From positions 160,001 through 224,000 of the forward strand of contig CAWKDB010000002.1 in NCBI GenBank assembly GCA_963848295.1: a DNA stretch of 64,000 bases, given 5' to 3'. Both the position numbers and the translations under genes were made by a program. Positions within the stretch are counted from its first letter, which is position 1; every line of letters starts with the position of its first letter. The notes under the pieces are model-generated. The model saw only the letters and a program-made list of their open reading frames with translations, ran no database searches and was not told the origin of the DNA. This DNA is from an uncultured delta proteobacterium. GTDB lineage: Bacteria > Myxococcota_A > Polyangia > Haliangiales > Haliangiaceae. Shown here piece by piece: positions 45,507 to 56,186 of this stretch.

Positions 45507-46841
45507 GTGGATAGCGTCGTCATCACCGCCGACCGCGCCCTCGTCGAGGGCGAGTCCTGCCTCGCGACCGCGGTGCTCGCGATCGACGGCGCGATCGCGC
45601 TGGTCGGTGACCCGGCCATCGTCCTCGCCGATCCGCGCGCCGCCGGCGCGCGGCGCCTCGACTGGCACCGCCGCGCCATGGTGCCCGGGACGATCAACAC
45701 CCACAACCACAGCTTTCAGTCGCTGCTGCGCGGCATCGGCGACGACCTGCCGTTCCTCGAGTGGCGCGACAAGGCGCTGTATCGCTACTCGCCGAGGCTC
45801 GGCGCCGATGACATGGCGACCGCGGCGTTGTTCGCGTTCGGCGAGATGCTGCTCCACGGGGTCACGACGGTCTGCGATTTCTACTATCTCAACGCGCAAG
45901 CCAACGACAACGCGTCGGCGACGATCGAGGCGGCGCGGCGGCTCGGCATTCGTATCGTGCTCGCCCGTTGTTTCTACGATTGGGACGGCGCGCCCGCCGC
46001 TTATCGCGAGACCGTGGCACAAGCGACCTCGAACTTCGAGGCGCTGCACGCGCACTATCGCGATCCGGTGCGCCAGCTCGTCACGATCCAACCCGCGCCG
46101 CACAGCCAGCATGGCGCGACGCCCGCGATGATCGAAGCTGGGGCCGGCTGCGCACGCGATGCCGGCGTCCCGTGGCACATCCATCTCGCCGAGGAGCACT
46201 ACCAAGTCGACGAGTCGCTCCGCCGGTTCGGCAAGCGACCGCTGCACGCGGTGGCCGAGCTGCCGGTCGACCTCGCGCAGATGATCGCGGTGCACGGCTG
46301 CTGGTTCGACGACGGCGAGCGCGCGCTGCTCGCCGAGCGCGGCGGCAGCCTCGCGTATTGCCCGGGTTCGAACATGTTCCTCGGCGACGGCACGACCGAC
46401 CTCGTCGACCTCGTCGCGCGCGGTGTGCGAGTCGGCCTCGGCACCGATGGCGGCTGCTCGAACAACAGGGTCAGTGTGTTCGACGAGATGCGGATGGCCG
46501 CGCTGCTGCAGAAGGTCCATCGCACCGACGGCCAGGCGATCGACGCGGAGACCTGCTTCCGGCTCGGCACCCGGACCGCAGGCGAAGTGTTGCGCCTCCC
46601 GGTCGGCCGGATCGCGTCAGGCTTTCGCTGCGATCTGGTCGCGCTCGACCTCGACGATCCGTCGCTGTGGCCGGTCCAGGCCCTCGAAAAGAATGCGGTC
46701 TACGCGCTGTCGTCTCGCGCGATCTCCGACGTCGTGGTAGATGGTCAGGAGGTCGTCTCCGCGCGGCGTCTGCGTCATGTCCAGCTCGACGAAATCCAGG
46801 CCCGCGTCGCCGACCTCACCCGAGGCTGGCTCCGAGACTAG
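45507..46841 (+). CDS. Amidohydrolase family protein (MtaD/SsnA-like deaminase)
   Basis: PGTINTHNH, HIHLAE, AVHG, CPGSN, GLGTDG. Confidence 0.9.
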   Translation: MDSVVITADRALVEGESCLATAVLAIDGAIALVGDPAIVLADPRAAGARRLDWHRRAMVPGTINTHNHSFQSLLRGIGDDLPFLEWRDKALYRYSPRLGADDMATAALFAFGEMLLHGVTTVCDFYYLNAQANDNASATIEAARRLGIRIVLARCFYDWDGAPAAYRETVAQATSNFEALHAHYRDPVRQLVTIQPAPHSQHGATPAMIEAGAGCARDAGVPWHIHLAEEHYQVDESLRRFGKRPLHAVAELPVDLAQMIAVHGCWFDDGERALLAERGGSLAYCPGSNMFLGDGTTDLVDLVARGVRVGLGTDGGCSNNRVSVFDEMRMAALLQKVHRTDGQAIDAETCFRLGTRTAGEVLRLPVGRIASGFRCDLVALDLDDPSLWPVQALEKNAVYALSSRAISDVVVDGQEVVSARRLRHVQLDEIQARVADLTRGWLRD

Positions 46842-47616
46842 CAAACAGGGTGAGGGCGAAGACGGCTACGAGCCGCGGCGGCCGCGCGCGCCCGGTGGCT
46901 CGATCGAGGTCGAGCTCGAGCCACAACACCAGCGGCCGCTGGGCTGGGCGGTGTTCGGGCTCATCGTCGGCGCGGTATTGATCTGGCAGTTCGGCGCCGT
47001 CGCGGTGTGGGGCGGGATCGTGCTCGTCGTGGTCGGCAGCTTCGGTGCGTGGGAGGCGGCGGTGTCGTACTTGCGGCCGGCTGGCTCGATCATCGTGTCG
47101 GAGCACGAGGTCGTATTGCCGCGCGGCCTGCACATGACCAAGCCGGTGACCGCGCCACCCGGTGCCGTGACCGCGGTGTACTTCCTGCGCAAGTCGGTCC
47201 CGTGGAATCGCGCGTCGCCGATCCTGATCGTCGAGATCGGCGGTCGCGCGATGGCGTTCCCGCGCGAGTGGTTCGCGTCGGAGGCCGATCAGAAGCACAT
47301 CGTGCACGCGCTCGTGCGCTTCCGCGAGGCGAACGCGAGCTCGGTCGCGCCCGACGGCAAGGTCGAGAGCGACGGGCCCGGCCTGCCCCCGGCCGGCAGC
47401 CGGGCCGAATGGGCCCGCGGTCCGATCGACGATGGTCGAGGCGCCGCGTTCGCCGAGATGGCCGCCGGCGCTGCGCTCGTCGTGCTCGGCGTCGTGATCA
47501 CGGTCGCCGCGTTGCCCACGTTCCTGACGGCCACGAAGGCTCAGTTCGTGGTCGCGTTCGCGCCGATCGCGGTCGGTGCGATGTTGTTCTGGCGCGGCGT
47601 CACCCGGCTCGGCTGA
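46777..47616 (+). CDS. Hypothetical membrane protein (4 TM); start uncertain
   Basis: Two TM hairpins flanking a soluble domain; codon bias. Confidence 0.6.
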   Translation: MSSSTKSRPASPTSPEAGSETSKQGEGEDGYEPRRPRAPGGSIEVELEPQHQRPLGWAVFGLIVGAVLIWQFGAVAVWGGIVLVVVGSFGAWEAAVSYLRPAGSIIVSEHEVVLPRGLHMTKPVTAPPGAVTAVYFLRKSVPWNRASPILIVEIGGRAMAFPREWFASEADQKHIVHALVRFREANASSVAPDGKVESDGPGLPPAGSRAEWARGPIDDGRGAAFAEMAAGAALVVLGVVITVAALPTFLTATKAQFVVAFAPIAVGAMLFWRGVTRLG

Positions 47617-48766
47617 GTCGCAGCACGACCTCGACGTGCGAGGTCTGCGGCATCAAATCGAGGGGCCACGCCCGGTCGGCGCGATAGCCGGCGGCGACGA
47701 GGCGCTCGGCGTCGCGGGCCAGCGTCGCCGGATCGCACGACACGTAGACGATCGTGCGTGGCGCTGCGCGCACGATGCCCGCGATCGCTTCGGCGGCCCC
47801 GGTGCGCGGCGGGTCGAGCGCGATCGCATCGAACGATCGGCCGGCTGCGGCGAGCCGGTCGAGCACGGCGTCGGCGCGGCCGACCTCGAATCCCGCCGGC
47901 GGCCTCGCGGGCAGCGCGCCATCGCTCGGCGTGACCTCCCACCCGTCGCCGCGGAACGCGCGCGTGACGTTGCCCGCGCCGGCGTAGAGCTCGAGCAACC
48001 TGCCCGGGCCCGCGCCGAGCGCGGTCCGCGCGACCGCGACGAGCGCGCGATTGCCCGCGAGGCTCGCCTGCGCGAAGTCCCACGGCCCGCCCCACAACCC
48101 CGGCTCGAGCTCGATCACCGGCTCGCCGTGGGCCACGTCGCCAGCGATGACTCCGACGATGTCGGCCCGGCCGACGAGCTGCCCGGCCGCGCGCCATGGC
48201 TTCTCGATCCCGATCGCGACCTCGCCGCTCTCGCCGCGGACGACCGCGACCTCGCCGTCGGGGAGCGACGAGCCGAACAGCACCGCCATCGCCCGGTCGA
48301 GCCCGTGCTCGAGTTGGCCGCAGCTGGTCAGCCGGACGAGCTTGCGCGAGCCCGCCGCGTACAAACCGAGTACACCCCCCGCGACGTGAAAGCGCGCGCG
48401 CCGGCGCCAACCGTAAGGCGCGACCGGGTCCGCGATCGGCTCGATGACCAGCCCGTCGAGCTTGCGCAGCGCGCCGGCGACGATCGCGTGCTTCGCCGCG
48501 AGCTGAGCCGCGCGAGCGACGTGCTGCCACTGGCAGCCGCCGCAGCCTTCCGCGAAGTGCGGGCACGGCGGCACGACCCGCGATCGCGACGCCGCGACGA
48601 GCTCGACGACCTCGCCGCGCGCGAACGACGCCTTGGCCTTGCCGATCGCGACGCGTACGCGATCGCCGGGCGCGGTGCGGGGCACGAACACGACCCGACC
48701 TTCGCCATCGCGCGCGACGCCGTCGCCACCGGCCGCGAGCGCGGTGATGTCGAGCTCGGTGGTCAT
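47600..48766 (-). CDS. TRAM-domain 23S rRNA (uracil-5)-methyltransferase, RlmD/TrmA family
   Basis: GDGVAR...VFV, CPHF..GCGGCQWQH, LELYAGAG, LDPPRTG, YVSCDPATLARD, DLMPQTSHVE. Confidence 0.9.
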   Translation of the reverse strand: MTTELDITALAAGGDGVARDGEGRVVFVPRTAPGDRVRVAIGKAKASFARGEVVELVAASRSRVVPPCPHFAEGCGGCQWQHVARAAQLAAKHAIVAGALRKLDGLVIEPIADPVAPYGWRRRARFHVAGGVLGLYAAGSRKLVRLTSCGQLEHGLDRAMAVLFGSSLPDGEVAVVRGESGEVAIGIEKPWRAAGQLVGRADIVGVIAGDVAHGEPVIELEPGLWGGPWDFAQASLAGNRALVAVARTALGAGPGRLLELYAGAGNVTRAFRGDGWEVTPSDGALPARPPAGFEVGRADAVLDRLAAAGRSFDAIALDPPRTGAAEAIAGIVRAAPRTIVYVSCDPATLARDAERLVAAGYRADRAWPLDLMPQTSHVEVVLRLSRAG

Positions 48767-49515
48767 CGGTACGCGCCGCCCGGCGGCAGCGGCACGATCG
48801 GCGTCCCGCGGGGTGCGGCGAGCATGCGATCGGCGCGGCCGTTGCGCACCGCGATCTCGACGGTGCGCGCCGAGCCGACATACGCGACGAGCTCGCCGAG
48901 CGGCACGTCTTCGTACGTGCGCGCGAGCGGCAGCGCGCGACCCGCGATCGCGACCACGGCGCCTGCTTCGTCGCGCGGCAGGTCGGTGATGAGGTTGCCG
49001 TACGCGTCGATGTGCACGACCCGGCCCTCGCCCGCCGGCCGCGGCCCCCACGCGAGCGCGCCCTCGAGCGTCATGTCGGGCCCGATCTGATCGGGGTGCT
49101 TGCCGAGCGCGAGCGCTGCCCCGACCTGGGCGAAGATGTCGCGACCGTGGAACGTGGCGCTGATCTCGGGGGCGAGCATCGCGCGATTCTCGATCGCCCA
49201 CGCCCGTTCGATCGGCAGATAGCCGAACAACCCGTTGTCCGGGCCGACGTAGTAAGCACCCTCGGAGCGCACGATCGCGCCGCGGCGCGCCCCGCCGACG
49301 CCCGGATCGACGACCGCGACATGGATCGTGCCGGCGGGAAACTCGCGGCACGCGGTCGCGACCACCCACGCACCGTGCGCGATGTCGTGCGGCGGCACGT
49401 CGTGGGCGATGTCGATCACGCGCGCATCCGGAGCGAGCCGGATGACGACGCCCTTCATCGCGCCGACGTATCCGTCGCGTGTACCGAAATCGGTGGTCAG
49501 CGTGATGATCGGCAT
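48763..49515 (-). CDS. SAM hydroxide adenosyltransferase / SAM-dependent halogenase family (DUF62)
   Basis: [29 protein letters not shown] [16 protein letters not shown]. Confidence 0.92.
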   Translation of the reverse strand: MPIITLTTDFGTRDGYVGAMKGVVIRLAPDARVIDIAHDVPPHDIAHGAWVVATACREFPAGTIHVAVVDPGVGGARRGAIVRSEGAYYVGPDNGLFGYLPIERAWAIENRAMLAPEISATFHGRDIFAQVGAALALGKHPDQIGPDMTLEGALAWGPRPAGEGRVVHIDAYGNLITDLPRDEAGAVVAIAGRALPLARTYEDVPLGELVAYVGSARTVEIAVRNGRADRMLAAPRGTPIVPLPPGGAYR

Positions 49516-49541
49516 CGCATCCAGAGGTAAGCATACAGCCG

Positions 49542-50246
49542 ATGAACAAGGTCTACCCGGACGCCGTGGCCGCCCTCGCCGACGTGACCGACGGAGTGAC
49601 GATCCTCGCCGGCGGCTTCGGGCTGTCCGGCAACCCCGAGAACTGCATCCGCGAGCTCGCGCGCAAGAAGGTCAACGGGCTGACGATCGTGTCGAACAAC
49701 TGCGGCACGACCGACCAGGGCCTCGGCATCTTGTTAGCGCAGGGCCAGGTCAAGAAGATGGTCTCGTCGTACGTCGGCGAGAACAAGGTGTTCGAGCAGC
49801 TGTTCCTGGCCGGCAAGCTCGAGGTCGAGCTCTGTCCGCAAGGCACGCTCGCCGAACGCCTGCGCGCGGGCGGCGCCGGGATCGAGGCGTTCTACACACC
49901 GACCGGCTACGGCACGAAGGTCGCCGACGGCAAGGAGACCCGCGAGCTCGGTGGCAAGCCCTGCGTGCTCGAGCACGCCATCCGCGGCGAGTTCGCGATC
50001 GTCAAGGCCTGGAAGGGCGACAAGTGGGGCAACCTGGTGTTCCGCAAGACGTCGCGCAACTTCAACCCGCTGTGTGCACAGGCCGGCAAGATCACGATCG
50101 TCGAGGTCGAACAGCTCGTCGAGGTCGGGGAGCTCGAGCCCGATCAGGTCCACCTGCCTTCGATCTACGTGCAGCGGATCTTCCAAGGCACCGACTACAA
50201 GAAACCGATCGAGCAGCGGACGGTAAGGAAGCGAGGTGCCGCGTGA
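49542..50246 (+). CDS. scoA: 3-oxoacid CoA-transferase subunit A
   Basis: [42 protein letters not shown]. Confidence 0.93.
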   Translation: MNKVYPDAVAALADVTDGVTILAGGFGLSGNPENCIRELARKKVNGLTIVSNNCGTTDQGLGILLAQGQVKKMVSSYVGENKVFEQLFLAGKLEVELCPQGTLAERLRAGGAGIEAFYTPTGYGTKVADGKETRELGGKPCVLEHAIRGEFAIVKAWKGDKWGNLVFRKTSRNFNPLCAQAGKITIVEVEQLVEVGELEPDQVHLPSIYVQRIFQGTDYKKPIEQRTVRKRGAA

Positions 50247-50902
50247 ACCGCCTCGATCGCGAGCAGATGGCGCGCCGAGTCGCGGCCGAGCTGTCCGATG
50301 GGTTCTACGTCAACCTCGGCATCGGCATGCCGACCCTCGTCGCGAACTTCATCGCGCCGGGCAAAGACATCGTGTTGCAGTCCGAGAACGGCCTCCTCGG
50401 CATCGGCCCGTTTCCCTACGAGGGCGACGAGGATCCGGATCTGATCAACGCGGGCAAGCAGACCGTCACGACGATCGCCGGCTCCGCGTTCTTCGATTCG
50501 GCGCAGTCGTTCGCGATGATCCGCGGCGGCCACGTCGACGTCAGCGTGCTCGGCGCGATGGAGGTCAGTCAATACGGCGACCTCGCGAACTGGATGATCC
50601 CGGGCAAGATGATCAAGGGCATGGGCGGCGCGATGGATCTCGTCGCCGGCAGCCGGCGAGTCATCGTCATGATGGAGCACACGGCGAAGGACGGCAGCTC
50701 GAAGATCTTGCGCGAGTGCTCGCTGCCGCTCACCGGCGTGCGCTGCGTCCATACGATCGTCACGGACCTCGCGGTGATCGACGTTGCAACGACCGGGCTG
50801 GTGCTGCGCGAACGCGCGCCCGGCGTCAGCGCCGACGACATCGCGAAGGCGACCGCCGCGCCGCTCACATGGACCGGCGACGTGCCCGAGATTCGCTGTT
50901 AG
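50243..50902 (+). CDS. scoB: 3-oxoacid CoA-transferase subunit B
   Basis: [30 protein letters not shown]. Confidence 0.93.
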   Translation: MNRLDREQMARRVAAELSDGFYVNLGIGMPTLVANFIAPGKDIVLQSENGLLGIGPFPYEGDEDPDLINAGKQTVTTIAGSAFFDSAQSFAMIRGGHVDVSVLGAMEVSQYGDLANWMIPGKMIKGMGGAMDLVAGSRRVIVMMEHTAKDGSSKILRECSLPLTGVRCVHTIVTDLAVIDVATTGLVLRERAPGVSADDIAKATAAPLTWTGDVPEIRC

Positions 50903-50908
50903 CGACGG

Positions 50909-53182
50909 CTACGACTTGCAGACCGGGCGCGGATCGAACGGGTCCTGGCCGCCCGGCGGCTGACACGCCGGCTGCTTGGGTTGCTTCGCCTGCTCGATCT
51001 GCTTCGGCTGGTTGGCGGTCGAGCTCGCGTGCTCGTGCCTCGTCGTGTTGTTGTGCGTCGGACTCGCTTTGTGCTCGGTGGTGCTCCGGTCGGGCGTGTG
51101 CTCCGGCACGTGGGTGGCAACGTGCTCCTGGCCGTGATCGACGACAGGCGGAGGCGCGACCGGCGTCGGTGCGGTCGGCACGGGCGCGGCCGCCTTCTTG
51201 AGCGGGATGTCCTTCGCGTAGTCTCCGGTCAGGTCGATCTTCGACGCGACCTCGACGTAGCCGTCGAGCTTGATCACGATCGGCGCCATCGTCTCGCCGG
51301 CTTCTTTGATCGTGGCTCCACGCCGGATCTTGGTGTCGAGCGGGGTCACGCCGACCTTCTTGCCGGCGATCAACACGTCGGCGCCGGGCGGATGCGAGAT
51401 CACGTGTAACGCGACGTAGTCATCGACTCCGGGCTCGTTGGTCGTCGGGGATGCAGGGGTCGCGTGGTCAGAGCCGACCGCGTTGTCGGGCGCGGCGACG
51501 ATCGACGCGGCATCCGCGGCGAACATCGCCGGTGTCTCGGAGCCGCGGCCGGTGAGCTTGACCGCGATCAGCGCGACCGCGCCGACGACCACGACGCCGA
51601 GCCCGATGAACAGCGCGCGGCGATTCGGTCGTAGGGTCGGCAGCTCTGTGCCGAGCCCCGAGGACGAGTCGATCTGCGGGAACGACGATTCGCTGCGCGC
51701 CGGCCCCGGGGCGCCGGCGTAGCCGTGCCTCGTGCTCGGAATCGCGGCGCCCGAGCCGGAGGGCGCCGTCGCGAACGCGCCTTGGGACCCGCTGGCCGGT
51801 AACGACAGCGGCTGCGTCCCGGCCGGTATCTGCGTCGGAATCGTGTCTGCGGCAACAGAGGCCGGCGGATACGTACGGCGGCTGAGCGACGGGTCGGAAG
51901 GCATCGCACCCGCCGGTGCGAGTGCCGCCGGCCGCATCGTCGGATACGACTTCGCGTTCCAGTCGGCGGCGTTCGGATCCTCGCGATCGGTGTCGTTGAG
52001 GCCGCGCGGCAGATCGAGCAGCGTCGGCTGCGCGAGCAAGTTGGCTTCGGCGTCGGCGCGCGCGATCGGCGGGAGCTCGGTCGGCAGCGGCCCGCGAATC
52101 GCGCGTTGTGCACCGCTGCCGCGACCGTCGGTCGACGAGATCGTGTTCTCCTTCGGCGGCATCACGGCGTTCATCCGGCCGGTGACGAGCCACGGCTCGG
52201 GGTGCTCGCCGAACATGTCGCGCATGAACCGGCCGAGCGACATCGTCGACAGCGACATCCGCGATGCGACCGCGAAGCTCTCGAGCGCTTCGAGCAGGAA
52301 CGTCGCGCTCTGATAGCGCTGCGAGGCGTCGATCGCGAGCGCCTTCATGACGATCGCCTCGAGCGCTTGCGGATAGCCCTGGACCAGACGCGTCGGCCGT
52401 ACGACGTCGCCGGTGACGATGCGATGCATCGTGTCGAAGTCGCTGTCGGCGCGGAAGCACCGGTGCTGGGTCGTGACCTCGTAGAGGATGATCCCGAGCG
52501 AGAACACGTCGCTGCGCTTGTCGACGTCGCGACCGCGGCATTGCTCGGGCGCCATGTAGGCGAACTTGCCCTTGATGATGCCGCTCTGGGTCTCGACCGA
52601 GCGCTGCGTCGCCTTCGCGATGCCGAAATCGAGCAGCTTGACCGCGCCGTCGTACCCGATCATCAAGTTCGACGGCGACACGTCGCGGTGCACGATGCCG
52701 AGCGGCGTGCCGTCCGGTGCGCGCCGTTCGTGCGCGTGGTTGAGCCCCGACGCGGCGCCGGCGACGATCGTCAGCGCGAGCTCGAGCGGCACCCGCGTGC
52801 CTTGGCTGCCGGCCTTCGCGAGCAACGCGCGCAGGTCCTGGCCGTGCACGTACTCCATCGCGAGGTAGTGGATGCCGGCGTCCTCGCCGACCTCGAACAC
52901 CTGCGCGACGTTCTGGTGGTTGAGCGAAGCGGCGAGCCGCGCTTCGTCCAGGAACATCTGGACCGCGGTCTGATCGTTCGCGCGTTCCGGTGTGATCAGC
53001 TTGAGTACAACGTGGCGTTCGAAGCTACCGATTCCGGTAGAACGTCCGATGTAGATCCGCGCCATGCCGCCCGCCGCGAGCGGCATGAGCAGTTCGTATT
53101 TGCCGAGGCGCGTGGGAATTCCCCCCGCCGGAGCAGCGGCTGGCACGTTATCGATCGTTCCATCGCGTGCGCACCAAGTCAA
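50909..53182 (-). CDS. Membrane Ser/Thr protein kinase with C-terminal PEGA domain; start approximate
   Basis: GGMARIY, HRDVSPSN, DFGIAK, GKFAYMAPEQ; TM; SHPPGADV...GVTPL. Confidence 0.92.
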   Translation of the reverse strand: MTWCARDGTIDNVPAAAPAGGIPTRLGKYELLMPLAAGGMARIYIGRSTGIGSFERHVVLKLITPERANDQTAVQMFLDEARLAASLNHQNVAQVFEVGEDAGIHYLAMEYVHGQDLRALLAKAGSQGTRVPLELALTIVAGAASGLNHAHERRAPDGTPLGIVHRDVSPSNLMIGYDGAVKLLDFGIAKATQRSVETQSGIIKGKFAYMAPEQCRGRDVDKRSDVFSLGIILYEVTTQHRCFRADSDFDTMHRIVTGDVVRPTRLVQGYPQALEAIVMKALAIDASQRYQSATFLLEALESFAVASRMSLSTMSLGRFMRDMFGEHPEPWLVTGRMNAVMPPKENTISSTDGRGSGAQRAIRGPLPTELPPIARADAEANLLAQPTLLDLPRGLNDTDREDPNAADWNAKSYPTMRPAALAPAGAMPSDPSLSRRTYPPASVAADTIPTQIPAGTQPLSLPASGSQGAFATAPSGSGAAIPSTRHGYAGAPGPARSESSFPQIDSSSGLGTELPTLRPNRRALFIGLGVVVVGAVALIAVKLTGRGSETPAMFAADAASIVAAPDNAVGSDHATPASPTTNEPGVDDYVALHVISHPPGADVLIAGKKVGVTPLDTKIRRGATIKEAGETMAPIVIKLDGYVEVASKIDLTGDYAKDIPLKKAAAPVPTAPTPVAPPPVVDHGQEHVATHVPEHTPDRSTTEHKASPTHNNTTRHEHASSTANQPKQIEQAKQPKQPACQPPGGQDPFDPRPVCKS

Positions 53183-53254
53183 GCAATGCCGCGGAACCTC
53201 AGTGCTAACCGAATAGATCTTCGCTCGATGTAGGGCGAGGTCGTAGTCGCGCGA

Positions 53255-54646
53255 TCACTTTCCGGCGAGCATCATGTGGGATACTCGGAACGTCGGCGCC
53301 GCGGTCGAGCTGCGCAGCTCGAGGTCGTCGGCCACCGCATCGATTCGCTTGAGGATCTGGTCGAAGTTCGCCGCGATCGTGACCTCGCTGACCGGGAACG
53401 TCAGCTCGCCGCCCTCGATCCAGAAGCCTTGGGCGCCGCGCGAGAAGTCGCCGGTGACCGGATTGAAGCCGAACCCGAGCAGCTGCGTCACGTAGAGGCC
53501 ACGCGGAGTCTGCCGCAGCAAGTCCGAACGCGTCATCGCGCCCTTGGCCATGATTAGGTTCGTCGTCGTCGGGCCGGGGCTGCCGCCGACGCCCCGCCCG
53601 GCCGATCCGGTCGATGCGCGACCGAGCTTGTTCGCGCTGTAGACGTCGCACAACACCGGCGCGAGCACGCCGCGATCGAGCACCGAGTTCTTGCGGGTCG
53701 CCAGGCCGTCGCCGTCGAACGGCTTCGAGCCCGGTGCGCGCGCGATCAGCGGATCGTCGGTGATCGTGACGAGCGGCGACGCGATCAGCTCGCCCTCTTT
53801 GCCGACGAGGTAGGTCGACTTGCGCCAGAACGCCGAGCCGTTCGCGACCGAGAACAGCGTACCGACGATCGCACGCGCGACCTCGGGATCGAACACGACC
53901 GCGCACTCCTGGGTGTCGACCTTGCGCGAGCCGAGCGTCGCGACGGTGCGCCGCGCGGCCTCGATGCCGACTTGCTCGGCCGGCTCGAGCGACGCGAGGA
54001 ACCGCGACGACGAGTACCAGAACCCGTTGCGCTTCTTCGGATTGCCCGGCTCGCTGTCGTCATCGCACAGCGGCTCGACGACGATCGACGCATAGCTACC
54101 GCGATAGCCGCCGGAGAACCCCCCCGACGTCGCGAAGGCGGTGCCGCCGATCACGCGCGACCACGTGCCGCCCTCGGAGTTGGTCACGCGCTTGTCGTGC
54201 TTGCGCGCCGCGGCCTCGCCCGCGATCGCTTGCTCGAGCGCCCACGCCGCATCGACTTCGGCGACCGCGGGGTCGTAGAGATCGAGCTCGGGCAGCGAGG
54301 TCGCGAGCAGCTTCGGATCCGGTGGCAGCGCGCATTCGTCGGGCTCGGCGAGCTCGGCGAGCGTCACGGTCTCGCGGCACAGCGCCTCGAGCGCGTCGCG
54401 GCGCAGATCGCTCGTGTAGGTCGTCGCTCGGCGCGCGCCGCGGATGACGCGCAAGCCGAGCGCGCGGCTACCGGCCTCTTGCACGAGCTCGGGCTCGCCG
54501 AGCCGGACCTTCGCGGTCAGCTCGCTGCCGTCGCGGACGAGCGCCTCGACATGATCGGCGCCGGCTTTCTTCGCGAGCTCGACCGCGAGCTCGGCGAGGC
54601 CGCGCAGCTCTTTGATCGTCGCTTCGGTTACCTGTGCTGCAGACAT
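53255..54646 (-). CDS. pmbA: TldE/PmbA family protein
   Basis: PFDGDG, GFNPVTGDFSRGAQG, PVSEVTIA; directly downstream of tldD. Confidence 0.9.
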   Translation of the reverse strand: MSAAQVTEATIKELRGLAELAVELAKKAGADHVEALVRDGSELTAKVRLGEPELVQEAGSRALGLRVIRGARRATTYTSDLRRDALEALCRETVTLAELAEPDECALPPDPKLLATSLPELDLYDPAVAEVDAAWALEQAIAGEAAARKHDKRVTNSEGGTWSRVIGGTAFATSGGFSGGYRGSYASIVVEPLCDDDSEPGNPKKRNGFWYSSSRFLASLEPAEQVGIEAARRTVATLGSRKVDTQECAVVFDPEVARAIVGTLFSVANGSAFWRKSTYLVGKEGELIASPLVTITDDPLIARAPGSKPFDGDGLATRKNSVLDRGVLAPVLCDVYSANKLGRASTGSAGRGVGGSPGPTTTNLIMAKGAMTRSDLLRQTPRGLYVTQLLGFGFNPVTGDFSRGAQGFWIEGGELTFPVSEVTIAANFDQILKRIDAVADDLELRSSTAAPTFRVSHMMLAGK

Positions 54647-54652
54647 CGACTT

Positions 54653-56125
54653 TTACGCCCCCCCGGCCTGCGTGCCGCCGACCGTGATCGAGCCGATCTT
54701 GACCGTTGGAGTGCCGACCGAGACCGGCACCGACTGACCGTCTTTACCGCACGTCCAGATGCCGTCGGACAGCGCGAAGTCATTGCCGAGCATGTCGACG
54801 CGGCGAAGCACGTCGGGGCCGTTGCCGATCAAGTTCACGCCCTTGAGCGGCGCGGTCAGCTTGCCGTCTTCGATCAGGTAGCTCTCGGACAGCGAGAACA
54901 CGAAGTCGCCGTTCGAGATGTTGACCTGGCCGCCGCTGAATCGCTTCGCGTAGATCCCGCGCTTGACGGTCTTGAGGATCTCTTCCGGATCGTGCGGCCC
55001 CGCGTAGAGCGACGTGCTCGTCATCCGCGGCAAGGGCATCGCGCGAAACGATTCGCGCCGGCCGTTGCCCGAGGGCTCGACGCCGAAGTGCTTCGCGCTC
55101 AGCCGATCGTGCATGTAGCCGACGAGGATGCCGTCCTTGATCAGGACGTTGTGCTTACCGACGTGGCCTTCGTCATCGACGTTGATCGCGCCACGCGCCC
55201 CGACGATCGTGCCGTCATCGACCACGGTGCACAGCGGCGATGCGACTTGCTTGCCGAGCTGACCGGTGTAGTTCGACGTCTGCTTGCGATTGAAGTCCGC
55301 CTCGAGCCCGTGGCCGACCGCCTCGTGCAGCAAGATTCCGGAGTCGCCCGGCCCGAGCACGACCGGCATCTCGCCGGCCGGTGCATCGACCGCATCGAGC
55401 ATCGCGATCGCGACTCGCGCCGCTTCGCGCCCGTGCGCCGCCGCGTCGGTCTCGGCGCGCGCGAAGTAATCCATGCCGTAGCGACCGCCCCCGCCGCCCG
55501 AGCCTGCTTGACGCTTGCCGCCGACCTCGGCGACCGCGCGCACCCCGAACCGCATCAGCGGCTGGATGTCCGACGCCATCTTCCCATCGGAGGTGAACAC
55601 GAGCACCTCTTTGAGCGTCTCGACGAACGACGCCTCGACCTTGACGATCCGCGAGTCGTACGCGCGAGCCGCCTTGTCCGCGGCGCGCAGCAGCGCGAGC
55701 TTGTCGATCGCGGGCATCACGAGCGTCGGTTGCGGCACGTCGTAGAAGCTCGGCGTCGCGACGCGAGCCAACGTGTCGATTCCGACCGGCGCGTGACCAC
55801 CCGCGGCCGCGATCTGACCGGCGGTCTTCGCCGCGTGCAGCATCTTGTCCCACGCGAGGTCCTCGGTGTAGGCGTAGCCGGTCGCGTCGCCCTTCGTGAC
55901 CCGAACGCCCAACCCGAGCGTGATGCCGCGGCCGACCGAGCGGACTTGCTCTTCTTCGAGCGCGTAGTCGGCCGAGACGCGAAACTCGAAATAGAGATCC
56001 GCGTAGTCGCCGCCCGCCGCGAGCGCGGCAGACAACAGCTTGTTCGCGATCTGCGGATCGATCGAGCTCGCACCGCCGGCCGCGAACGGCGCGCGCAGCG
56101 TCGCGGGAAGGTTGCTGGTCACCAT
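54653..56125 (-). CDS. tldD: Metalloprotease TldD
   Basis: HEAVGHGLEADFNRK, GNGRRES, PRMT, CGKDGQSVPV. Confidence 0.95.
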   Translation of the reverse strand: MVTSNLPATLRAPFAAGGASSIDPQIANKLLSAALAAGGDYADLYFEFRVSADYALEEEQVRSVGRGITLGLGVRVTKGDATGYAYTEDLAWDKMLHAAKTAGQIAAAGGHAPVGIDTLARVATPSFYDVPQPTLVMPAIDKLALLRAADKAARAYDSRIVKVEASFVETLKEVLVFTSDGKMASDIQPLMRFGVRAVAEVGGKRQAGSGGGGGRYGMDYFARAETDAAAHGREAARVAIAMLDAVDAPAGEMPVVLGPGDSGILLHEAVGHGLEADFNRKQTSNYTGQLGKQVASPLCTVVDDGTIVGARGAINVDDEGHVGKHNVLIKDGILVGYMHDRLSAKHFGVEPSGNGRRESFRAMPLPRMTSTSLYAGPHDPEEILKTVKRGIYAKRFSGGQVNISNGDFVFSLSESYLIEDGKLTAPLKGVNLIGNGPDVLRRVDMLGNDFALSDGIWTCGKDGQSVPVSVGTPTVKIGSITVGGTQAGGA

Positions 56126-56186
56126 CCCCGCAACATAGCAGCGCTGGCCCGCCCCGGCCCTGGCCGATCGGCCGGTTTCGCAGCGG

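Noticed and set aside
48763..49515. Fluorinase/chlorinase natural-product cluster
   Set aside because: Housekeeping context, no biosynthetic genes; the FHGRD motif fits the common SAM hydrolase type.
53255..56125. TldD/E as part of a RiPP cluster
   Set aside because: No precursor, YcaO or radical SAM gene nearby.
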